Shown here one piece after another: positions 11,278 to 21,436 of a stretch of 64,000 nt of DNA (the stretch's first letter is position 1; each line of letters begins with the position of its first letter). The position numbers were made by a program, and so were the translations under genes. The notes beneath the pieces were generated by a model, which made no database searches, was not told the origin of the DNA, and saw only the letters and a program-made list of their open reading frames with translations. Origin of the DNA: Selaginella moellendorffii (Eukaryota > Plantae > Lycopodiophyta); NCBI RefSeq assembly GCF_000143415.4, contig NW_003314275.1, positions 1,369,955-1,433,954 of the forward strand. Reading direction: 5' to 3'.

Positions 11278-13682
11278 TGTTGTGGTGTAAAAAGGGATCA
11301 TTGTGTTCGACTCTTTTTACATGACTCAAGGGACATGACTCATGACCACGTGGACATGCCACGTCAGCTGATCGAGACTGACATCTCGACACTCCCACTC
11401 TGGCTGAGAGGATGGACTACCCCTCCCACTCAGCCGAAACAGATGGAGAGCAGACTCCCAGTGCAGCGCGATGGCGTTCAAAGGAGTCTCGAGCCAAAGC
11501 CTTCGTGAGTATATCAGCCACCATTGCCTCTGTGGGGCAATATTCCAGCAACAACTTTCCATTTTGGACTTGTTCCCACGTAGTGGAAACGAATCTCGAT
11601 GTGTTTCGTCCGAGAATGGAAGCGTGGATTGGCGACCAGTGCAAGAGCACTTTGGTTGTCCGAGAACAGCACCATAGGGCCGGTGCAAGCAGGCATCTGG
11701 GGCAGGTCACGGCAGAACTGGGTCAACCAAATCGCTTCTTTGCTGGCAGCGGTTAGGGCAATGTACTCTGCCTCTGTCGAGGACAGAGCCACCAGCGGCT
11801 GGCGCTTACTGCTCCAGGACACAGCAGCCCCATGGAACAAGAACGTATACCCGGAGGTAGAGCGCCTTGAGTCCTGGTCGCCCGCCCAGTCCGCATCCAA
11901 GTACCCATGAAGTTCCTGTGACACAGCAGCGCCATAGTGAAGCTGCAAATGCAAGGTACCTCGAACGTAGCGGAAAATCCGCTTCACAGCTTGCCCGGGG
12001 TTCTCGAGGAACTGGGAGACCATCCCAACAGCATAGGTGACATCTGGTCGCATTCCCAGCATCAAATAAACAAGACTTCCCACAGCTTGACGATATGGCA
12101 CTGTGGCCATGTACTCTTGTTCTTCCTCCGTGACAGGGGCCATGTCACGGCTGAGTTTGTGATTGACCTCAAGAGGTGTGGCCACGGAAGAGCAGTCCAG
12201 CATATTGAAGCGTTCCAAGATCTCCCTTGCATAATGAGCTTGTGTCAAACTCAAGGTGCGTGCTCCTCGATTGCATATAATTTGGATGCCAAGGAAATGG
12301 CAAAGCTCGCCCAGGTCAGACATCTCAAATTCTTCACTCAGCTTCTTTTTCATCTCGTCCAGCAGGTGGCGGGTTTTTGCACCGAGAATGCAATCGTCAA
12401 CGTACACAGCAACCACCTGGATTCGTCAAACCTGGTGAGGAACATCTTGTTTGCAAGCTGAATCGCACCCTGTATGGGCTTAAACAATCCCCGTGGGTTT
12501 GGTTTGAACGCATTGATGCGTTCTTCAAGAGCCTGGGGTGTGTTCCTCTTGCAGTGGAAGGAAACGTGTACCTGTACAAGTGTGGTGACGATTTTCTCCT
12601 GGTTGCTGTGTACGTTGATGACTGCATTCTCGGTGCAAAAACCCGCCACCTGCTGGACGAGATGAAAAAGAAGCTGAGTGAAGAATTTGAGATGTCTGAC
12701 CTGGGCGAGCTTTGCCATTTCCTTGGCATCCAAATTATACGCAATTGAGGAGCACGCACCTTGAGTTTGACACAAGCTCATTATGCAAGGGAGATCTTGG
12801 AACGCTTCAATATGCTGGACTAGGTCAATCACAAACTCAGCCGTGACATGGCCCCTGTCACAGAGGAAGAACGAGAGTACATGGCCACAGTGCCATATCA
12901 TCAAGCTGTGAGAAGTCTTGTTTATTTGATGCTGGGAACGCGACCAGATCTCGCCTATGCTGTTGGGATGGTCTCCCAGTTCCTCGAGAACCCCGGATCT
13001 GCACATTGGCAAGCTCGAATGCACATTCGATACACATTCAGCCATTAGCCCTCGAATCCGTCCCACGTACACAGCAATGGTTTCACCCGTTTCCATGTGA
13101 AGCGCCAAGAATTGTTGATTCAGCAGCATGGAAGAATTTGCGGCTTGGGCCACGAAGATCGTGCGAAGCGACGTCCAGATTTCAGCAGCGGTCTTGGTGA
13201 GATCAATCAGCGGCAAGAATTCATCGCTCAATCCCAAGCCAATGACAGTGATGGCTTGCTGATTGCGAAAATCCCAATCTGATTGTAGCGTCTGCTCAGT
13301 GGGACGAGGCTCAGTCCCATCAACGATGTTCCACGCTCGTTTCGCAGAGAGGATTCTTGTCGCCCATGTGAAGAAATTCGTGGCACTGAATTTCTCCACC
13401 TTTTCTGTGGAAGCCACAAGAACTTGAGCAGCAACCGGCGGCGGCGGCAGCAGCGGCGGTGGTGGTGGGGGCGGCGGAGGTGGTGGTGGGGTTGAAGCGA
13501 CCATGACAGCAACGTCAAATCAACCAACCAGGATCGTCCCGAAATCCGATACCATGTTGTGGTGTAAAAAGGGATGGACATAACACTCATGAGCTCGTTC
13601 ATTGTGTTCGACTCGACTCAAGGGACATGACTCATACCACGTGGACATGCCACGTCAGCTGATCGAGACTGACATCTCGACA
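11278..13682 (-). mobile_element. Internally deleted and rearranged non-autonomous Ty1/copia element
   Basis: LTRs 11278-11391 and 13555-13682 (differ by indels). TSD GAAAA at 11273-11277 and 13683-13687. PBS reverse complement tccgatacca at 13545-13554. PPT reverse complement ctcccactc at 11392. Gag N-terminus 13504-~13016, RT/RNase H 12416-~11420. No protease or integrase. Confidence 0.95.
11988..13015. repeat. Long inverted repeat of RT sequence (arms 11988-12415 and 12600-13015, 184-bp spacer)
   Basis: VAVYVDDCILGAKTRHLLDEMKKKLSEEF...QFLENPG is encoded on both strands. Confidence 0.95.
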
Positions 13683-14744
13683 GAAAAATGCTGGCAGCCC
13701 CAGGACTATCTCCCGGAGCCATCCTCGGAGAGCTTCTATGACGAGGTCCGTGAGCTGAGGGAGCGAGCCGAGAGCTTGCGCTTCTGCCTCGTCGGGGACA
13801 TGACCACCAAGGAAGCGCTGCCAACTTACTTGACGATGCTCAACACTCTCGATGGCACCCGCGACGAGACTGGTGCGAGCCCGAGTCCGTGGACAGTGTG
13901 GGGGCGTGCCTGGACTGCCGAGGAGAATCGCCATGGTGATTTGCTCAACAAGTATCTCTACCGCACTGGACGAGTTGACATGAAGCAAATCGAGAAGACG
14001 ATCCAGTACTTGATCGGTTCTGGAATGGTAAAGAGCCAGAGTTTCTTCTTTCTCAGGAACTCCAAAGTTCGCGTTTCCATCCTTGCAGGATCCTCAGACC
14101 GAGAACAATCCATATCTCGGGTTCGTCTACACGTCCTTCCAGGAGCGAGCCACCACCATCTCTCACGGCAACACTGCTCGCCACGCCAAGGAGCACGGAG
14201 ACCACAAGCTCGCGTGTTTGCGGCCTCATCGCAGCCGACGAGAAGTGGCACGAGAATGCTTATACCAGGATCGTGGAGAAGCTGTTTGAGATCGATCCCG
14301 AGGGCGCAATGCTGGGGCTGGAGGACATGATGAGGAAGATCTCCATGCCAGCTCATCTCATGTACGACGGCCAGGACAAGAACCTGTTCGAGCACTTCTC
14401 TTTGGTGGCACAGAGGACGGGGGTGTACACTACCAAAGATTACGCAGGAATTCTGGTCAAGAGATGGAACGTCGAGTCCATCACTGGATTGTCTGCTCGC
14501 GCGCTAAAGACCCAGGATTTCGTGTGTGGTCTCCCTCCTCGGATCTTGAGACTGGACGAGCGAGCTCAGAGCAGGGTGAAGAAGGGCCCCAAGACTAACT
14601 GGATTTTCAATAGGGAAAGTCGTTCTCTAGGCGTAAAAGGTAAAAGGTGTACATTATGAGTTAATGTTCCAATAATTTGCTTTAAGGCTTTGCAAGAATC
14701 ATTTTTGAATCTTTTTTGCAAATTTGAATTTAGGGCATGTGCAA

Positions 14745-16196
14745 TCATTTGCACTGCTGAGGAGCAAAGGCTAGGTGGCTCTTCTGCAAATCAAATCCAA
14801 TCCGGAAGCTCTGCTGCTGGATGTTGCCGATGATCCCGAGCTCCATGGACGTGGGAGCAAACGCCAGGCAGAAACTCCCGGCGGTGTTGATCGGGATCAA
14901 GTAATTCGTAGGAGGGAGCTGGAGATCCGCCCCATTCTCGAAGTGGAGTACCAGCGCAGGCACATCCACGCTCGCCTTCCCGGAGAAATTGTAGCACGTA
15001 TCGAAGAGCGAGTAGCGTGGAGCCGACGGGAGGTTGGTCGTGGCATTCCGGAACGCGTCGCGGATGGTGGCGTAGACCGAGGTGGGGAACCGAGTGACCG
15101 AGGTCCCAGAGTCGATGATCACGCCCCCGCTGCCACTCTGCGAGAGCTGGAGGGATTTGAGCGAGATGGGGAGCTGGGCGCCGCCAACGCTCACCCCGAT
15201 CATGGCCGCGTAGTAGAAGGTGTCCAACTTTGGGTTCTTGAGCAGCGGCGAAAGCGCGGCGGTGGACGGGATCGCGGCGGCACCGAATATCAGGCTGCTG
15301 GACGAGCGCGTCATTGGGTTGCTGCGATCCACGAGGCAGTAGGAGAAGGAATTCGCGGTGGAGGAGTTCGTCGAGGACGCGAATATCTGAGATGGGAAGG
15401 AGAGCTTTCCAGCGCCAAGGCCGAGGAGGCCAGCGGCGCCAGCGAAGAGCCCCTCGTTGTCAAACCCGCAGCCAAACGCGACGCTCATCGCTTTGCTGCC
15501 CGTGCCGAGCGTGAAGAGATCGCTGGAGAAATCGCCCACCGAGAAGGATCCATCGCCATACGCGACTTGGTACGAGCAGCGGCTGGTGGCACCGCGGCTG
15601 CCACTGCAGCTGTGGATCTCGAGAGCCTTGCAGAGCGGCGAGAGGCAAGGGATCCGCTGGAAGGAGCTCGAGTTCCTTGGATCGAAGATGGGGTCGGCTT
15701 GCTTGTAGCAGCTCTTGCATGGCTGGCATTGGAGCCAGGGGAGATCGCTGCCGGTGTCCACCACCATGAAGAGCGATCGAGCCGGAGTTCCAACGCCGAG
15801 GCGAACGAAGTACTCGCCACTTCCATACAGCAGGCCGGAGGTGACGGGTCCATTGAGATCGGTCGAAGAAGCCTCGTCCTTCTTCTTCCCTGCGAGCTGG
15901 GCCTTGCTTTCGATCCATCTCACTCGCTGCTCGTCCCTCTGGAGCGTCTCGAGCAGCAGCTGCTCGTGAGTGTGGAGCTTCTCCTTTGCTTCCCGGAGGA
16001 GTGAGTTCCTGTGGATGAGTTCCAACGACAAGGTACCACCATCTCGCGGGGAAAGCTGTAGCTTGTTCTTGACGGGGTGGCGGAGCTCTCGCAAAAGAGT
16101 GGCGACATCGAGCGTGTTCCAGTGGCGGGGAGTCGGATCTGCGGAGACGAGCAGCGCAATTGTGAGCGAGGCCAACACAAATCCAAACGCGCGCAT
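14745..16196 (-). CDS. Secreted A1B (nepenthesin/ASPG-like) aspartic protease, intronless, ~483 aa
   Basis: Signal peptide MRAFGFVLASLTIALLVSA. Motifs GSGEYF, catalytic VDTGS and IDSGT, GNIQQQ. ATG at 16196. Confidence 0.95.
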   Translation of the reverse strand: MRAFGFVLASLTIALLVSADPTPRHWNTLDVATLLRELRHPVKNKLQLSPRDGGTLSLELIHRNSLLREAKEKLHTHEQLLLETLQRDEQRVRWIESKAQLAGKKKDEASSTDLNGPVTSGLLYGSGEYFVRLGVGTPARSLFMVVDTGSDLPWLQCQPCKSCYKQADPIFDPRNSSSFQRIPCLSPLCKALEIHSCSGSRGATSRCSYQVAYGDGSFSVGDFSSDLFTLGTGSKAMSVAFGCGFDNEGLFAGAAGLLGLGAGKLSFPSQIFASSTNSSTANSFSYCLVDRSNPMTRSSSSLIFGAAAIPSTAALSPLLKNPKLDTFYYAAMIGVSVGGAQLPISLKSLQLSQSGSGGVIIDSGTSVTRFPTSVYATIRDAFRNATTNLPSAPRYSLFDTCYNFSGKASVDVPALVLHFENGADLQLPPTNYLIPINTAGSFCLAFAPTSMELGIIGNIQQQSFRIGFDLQKSHLAFAPQQCK

Positions 16197-16677
16197 TGAA
16201 GAACACCACATTGACACCAGAGAACCAAAGCCACTGGATGGAAGAACGAACGAATCACGGGCCCAGGAAACAAAAGGCTGCCAATCCAATCCGGTCAAGC
16301 AATCATCAAAAGCTAGAGCTCTCACGCGACGAGAATTCCGGACACAGAGGAGAAAAAAGAGCTTCTTAAAAGCTCCACTCACCAGGGAACAAAGAAGGAG
16401 AAGAGCTCCTCTCCTCGCTTTCTCGCTTTCGTCCTCCTCCTTGTCAATGGCAGTCGCACAGAAACAAAATTTGCCGGAACAAGAGCCGGGGCTTTCCCCG
16501 TGACTGAACAGCGCCGCTCGTGACGAGCCTATCAGATCCTCATCCCTGCCGCTGAACGCCGCCCCCGCCTCGCCCCATTCCCGTGAGCTCCTGGGGGAAG
16601 AACCCTAGGACAGCGCTACAGAACAAAATGCCCAGGAACCCTAGAAGTACTTCCGACTTGGCAGCATTGCATTTTGC

Positions 16678-16730
16678 CACGTGCTTAAGCTTTCGTACTT
16701 CCACGTGGCATCATTTCATTTTGCCACGTG
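16678..16730. promoter_or_regulatory. Cluster of three G-boxes (CACGTG) in a divergent promoter
   Basis: CACGTG at 16678, 16702 and 16725, between the aspartic protease and the orphan ORF. Confidence 0.5.
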
Positions 16731-16815
16731 TACCAGACTCTAACCTTTTTACTTACGTGTGCGTTAAAGGCTTTTGGACAGTATATAGCGAAGCCCTTGT
16801 GATTATTTGCAAGCT

Positions 16816-17280
16816 ATGGAGAAGAAAGCTAAGCAAACCCTTCCAGAAAAGGCGGTGGCATTTGATTCGAATGGAAATTACTACTACTATCCAACATGGG
16901 AGGACATCGCAAAGCGCACGCCTGGGGATTCGCTCCAGACCGTGAGAGCCAGGTTTGAGGATGGTTACTTTCGCATGGTGGTAAAACCCACGTTTACCAT
17001 GAGAGATGCTCGGGCTGGCATCAGCCCAAGGATCGCTGGAGTGGTAAAATTCGCGAAGGCATTGCAGGATTTCCCCGGGGAGGATTTGCATGGATGGATC
17101 GATCCCGACGTGAATGCCGTGCTTTTCAAGGGAGTGAAGAGAGGGGTGCTAAACGAGGAGCGCGGGCGAGGGATTTGCAGGGATGTTCTTGGGCGAGAGG
17201 TTGTCAAGGATGCCAAAGGAGAAATCGTGTTAAGGAGAAATCCACGGCGCAAAAGGAAAGAACATATAAAAGCTTATTAA
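16816..17280 (+). CDS. Hypothetical intronless basic protein (154 aa) with a C-terminal NLS-like RRKRK
   Basis: ATG ORF with an upstream TATA-like element (gtatatag ~16781). Frameshifted copies at ~24900-25260 and ~34785-35140. Confidence 0.5.
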   Translation: MEKKAKQTLPEKAVAFDSNGNYYYYPTWEDIAKRTPGDSLQTVRARFEDGYFRMVVKPTFTMRDARAGISPRIAGVVKFAKALQDFPGEDLHGWIDPDVNAVLFKGVKRGVLNEERGRGICRDVLGREVVKDAKGEIVLRRNPRRKRKEHIKAY

Positions 17281-17329
17281 ACGGAATTGCTGTTTTTAGG
17301 GTTCTTTGAAACGAATTAAAGGGGTGCTC

Positions 17330-17445
17330 TGGTTTTAGCGTTCTATGTTTTAGGGTTTATCAATCTAAAGAATCTTTCTCTACCACTGCAAGGGGACCTC
17401 AAAAAGATAAGGTACATAACCTAGTTCTTTAGGACCGCAATGTCT
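17330..17445 (+). pseudogene. Collapsed remnant of the Trp/Tyr permease gene
   Basis: tatcaatctaaagaa (cf. 25363) joined to aaggggacctcaaaaagataaggtac...tctttaggaccgc (cf. 26737-26820). Confidence 0.75.
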
Positions 17446-17649
17446 AAAAGACAGGTGCACCTTTAGCCAGCTTCGTGTATAAGTTCGCCGGAGCTGAAAA
17501 CATTCCAACTATACGTACTTTAAGGTAGATTCCAGATTTTGTTCACGTGATATGGGGCCAGCCAATTAACGCTTTCCTCCGAGTCCGAAGAGATTCATTC
17601 ACAATGCACCAGCACCAACTTGATCAACACGTCCCGTTTGGCTTGATGG

Positions 17650-18490
17650 CAACTGCAAATCAAAAGACTACCTTCATCTCTGCAAGGGACTGCCAAACAA
17701 ACAAAATAACAAATTATTTTTTATAAAATACTGTTAAAATTGACTGACCAAAGAGCAACTCGAGGAACCTTTCCTGCTCATACGAAATGGTTGCGACCAT
17801 TTGGCACAGGAGCTCGAAGACTTGACTTGTTGGATGGACACCTGAGACAAACAAGAAAACGAACCAGAGGCGATGAACCATTCTTGAGTTTCACGGGCTC
17901 CACTCTCCTTAGATTTCTACAGCCAAGCAATACATTCTAGTGATCGCTCTAAACGAATTTCCTGGAGACAGAGAAGAAGAAGTACCTTGATCCTATCGCT
18001 GCAAAACCACACAGGGATAGCCCTCTTGGAGAACTTTAGTTTCATCCTCGAGGACCTTGAGTCCAGCACAGCTCACAACTTCGGGAGTCCGCCGGAATAG
18101 AAGTTCATCGAAAAATAGAGAGAAACCTTAGTAACAATGTAAACAAAAGTTTGCTACCAGACACAAACGCTTTCAGCGTCAAGAAACGTCCAAAGCCTTT
18201 TAAGATCGACACAGGCAGCTTTCTTGCGCTTCTAGAAAGGAGCTTCTGAGGAGCAAGGCCGCATCGCCCCTGATAAAAAAACTCGTTAGTTCCAACTCTT
18301 CTTGCTTACCATTCACAATAAGGTCGGACGACTTTGGAAAGAGGCCAAAGCTTATCGATGTTATGCTGGAGCGCAACGATCCTCCAAACCCGATCAAAAG
18401 GCACAGTACTACTGCCAGATTGCATGCCAATCCAATTCCATGCCGGCTTGCTCTTGGAAGCAAATGGGATTCGTACCTCGATCGCGAGCC
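17650..18490 (-). other. Duplicated segment homologous to 29826-30750; possible spliced gene remnant of unknown function
   Basis: High-identity alignment by eye. GT/AG-bounded blocks on the minus strand. No family recognised. Confidence 0.5.
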
Positions 18491-18649
18491 ATGATCTTGA
18501 CAGGCTTGCCAGATCCCATCGATCCCCCACACGGCGCTCATCACTAGCGGCAAGATTAGTGGCGACGAGCTGGACCCGGCTCTGCCGTGCTGGGGAAAGA
18601 GTGATCCGATTTTGGGCGCGCACTTGATCCGCCCGGCAAGGCGCCCACC

Positions 18650-18820
18650 CAGAAAGAAAACGAAAAAACAAGAGCTTTATTCTTTTGATTCCACAACGTC
18701 AACCAATCGCAGCTGTTTCCTCTAAAACCCTCTTCCTCTTCAGCATTGACAATGTCAGTAAGAGCTTTGAGCTTCAAGTCAGTATCTTGGGGCTTCCTTC
18801 TTTTGAAAAGAAGGCATTTG
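18650..18820 (-). pseudogene. Remnant of the 3' end of the SET-domain gene
   Basis: DTDLKLKALTDIVNAEEEEGFRG vs DTDRKFEALTAIVNAAEKEGLRG in the intact gene. Confidence 0.8.
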
Positions 18821-20365
18821 GCGCTCAATGATGGACGTAAGAAGTGTAGTCTTTTGCCTTTTATTGAAAATAATGGCTTTCCAGTAAATTTGTTCTTTTT
18901 GCCATGTTGAACTTTATGTGGCAAAATAGAATAAAAAAAGTGGCAAGCATTGCAAAAATTATAAGTGTAAAATTTTTGGCTCCTGTGGCTTGGTTAGTTT
19001 TAAGTCATGCTTGTTTCGTGTGACCTAGGGCCATTGCAAATAAAATTTTGTTTTGTTAATTTTTATTTGATGTCTAAAAATTAACTTCACCTCACTTCTT
19101 ATTAATTTCAATATACTAGAATTCCAAGTAATTTAAATGATTTCAAAAGTTTACAATTATGATTATATGTATTTTCTCTAAAATTTTCATCCAAAAGGCT
19201 ATAACTTTTAACCTTTTAAAATTATCATTTGAATCATTTAGTAAGTTTCACATAAAATTTTTTGCTTTAGGCTAAAATTTTATTTTTACTTTTTCATATG
19301 AACAGAAAATACCTTTAAAAAAAAGGAAACATGCCTTTCAAATTTAGGCCTTACTCATGCTAAACATACTAAAATGCTAAAAATTCTAACACTTTAGCAT
19401 TAAAAATGATACTATTTAACCTCATGTTAAATTTTATCCTCTTTTGCCACATTGAAACTTTAGTGGTAAATAAGACAAAAAAATATGGCAAGTGGGAACA
19501 AATAATATAGCTAAGGGTTTATACGTGTTAGCCACACCCACAACTTTCAAATAAAAAACAAAAAATAAAAAATTTAAATATTATTTATTTAAGCAATACA
19601 TCACTATATTTTCTATTTTTTATATTCAGTTATATATCAAATGGTTTATTTCAATCGACAACCTCACGTGCATTTTCATATAAAGACATTAATGTATCTA
19701 AAGTCTTTAAATGAAAGTTTATACATATCTTAAACTTTACATTATTTTATAACAAAAATTTATATTTGCAAGGGGTTGTATTTATTTGGATAACTACACA
19801 AAGTTGTTATTATCCATACAATTTTAATTTTGTTATTTCTTTTGATGAATTATTATAACTTATGTTCTTACCAAATGATCATTTGTTTGAGTATGAAAAA
19901 CTAAAAAAATTTATTTACTTGGAAAGTTATAAAATCTTCTTTTATGAATATTTGATATTATAACTTCAAAACAATATTTGCATTTGATAACTAAATACCT
20001 TGGAAAACAAAAATTTCTTAAATGTACAAAAAAATAAAATTATATACCATCAAATGTTTTTTGAAAATCAACTTATAGATGGTGTAAAATTCATTTTAAA
20101 TATCTCAAAGAGTTTGAAAAACTATTGTAAGAAAGTATATCTTTTTTTTTCTAGTAGCCTCAATACCAAAATATGTTTGAAGTTTAAGGCTATCATATTT
20201 TGTAAGCCTTTTCTTTTCATTTTAACAACAACAATAAAAATCTATTCACTAAAATATTATTTTACTAATAATATAATGGAAAAAAACAATTTACCTTTAG
20301 TCACTTTATTTATTTCCTTCCATTGTTGTTGCACCACTAAACATTTATAATATTTAAGAAATATC

Positions 20366-20368
<3 letters not shown>

Positions 20369-20408
<40 letters not shown>
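20369..20408. repeat. (TA)n microsatellite
   Basis: Directly visible. Confidence 0.95.
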
Positions 20409-20410
<2 letters not shown>

Positions 20411-20814
20411 TATAAAATAATATATGAAATTATGTATTTTACTTTCTTTGTTGAAAAGTACTTTTCCAAAAATTAAATTTCATTTACAATGTAAATTCAA
20501 ATTTTACTTTATTTTAAAATGTAAAATTATGATTTAAAATTAAATCCATTGGCAGATTTATGCTTTGCACTTATATTCTTTTATAAAAATGATTAAAATA
20601 GTGAAGTTATTGATTGGAATAGAGCATTTGATGTATGGATTAATATGAAAAATAAAAAAAATGGTGATGCATTACTTAACTAAATAATAAAAAAGCTTTT
20701 TTGTTTTTATATCTTTCATTCGAAAAAAAAAAATTATTTCCACATTTTCAATTAAAATGTTTTTTTTCAAAAAGAAACATACATTCCAAATTTATGCCTT
20801 GATTAGTAAAGTAA

Positions 20815-21436
20815 AACTATAAATATATTTAGTTATATATGTAAGTTTTTATTTTCATTTTGTTTAAAATCGTTAAAAAATGATGAAAAAATCATAAGGA
20901 TTTATGTCAATCTGTACTTATCAATAAATATCAAAATTTAAATAGTAGGGGAAGGTCGAAGTATTTTTGCAATCTGTAATATTAATATAGGGACTTTAGT
21001 AATGTATAACATTATTTTTATCTTTTTTAAAAAGATGGATAAAAACATTCCCTTGCCTCTCCTTCAATATTTGGGTGATATTAATCAACTCCATGACGGT
21101 ACAACTTGGGAATACACTACTTTTTTAGGTTTTTTAACTATGATAATGATAATGTTAAATATACTAAACACATGTGGTAGACTAATGTGTTTGTGAATAT
21201 AAGTTTTTTCACTTTCAATTTTTCATTTTACACTTTAGCTTTAACAAATTTTTTTTTATCTCTAAAGTTATAAACTTATTTTTTGGGCGGTATACATTTT
21301 TTATTAATCATTTTTATAACATACATACTTACGTGATGTATTTAGTGAACTTCACTAATTTTTTTGTGAAGACAATGAAGACTATTTTGTTAAAAGAGAA
21401 ATTTTTATGGTATATATTAACTTAGTTGTGCCTAGG
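20815..21436 (+). pseudogene. Heavily AT-shifted, inverted copy of the SET-domain gene (TATA box, exon 1, intron, part of exon 2)
   Basis: IVGEGRSIFAICNINIGTLV and LQYLGDINQLHDGTT vs AVGEGRGICAICDIDPGTLV and LQCLGDVSQLHDGTT at 31751-31170. Confidence 0.9.

Larger units (their letters stand above)
10745..14659 (+). pseudogene. Stearoyl-ACP desaturase pseudogene split by an LTR element
   Basis: Colinear with 60800-62420, including the 5' UTR intron. Premature TAA at ~11243 (GAA in the intact copy). Deletions (e.g. PDDYFV lost) and frameshifts. Insertion at 11278-13682. Confidence 0.95.

Noticed and set aside
12350-13504. 384-aa ORF as a novel protein
   Set aside because: Gag N-terminus running into antisense RT across the inversion junction.
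14775-16004. 409-aa antisense ORF
   Set aside because: Shadow of the GC-rich aspartic protease CDS, with no motifs of its own.
19480-19550. Possible SWIM-like CxC...CxH on the minus strand (MULE relic)
   Set aside because: Interrupted by stops and too short and degenerate to support.
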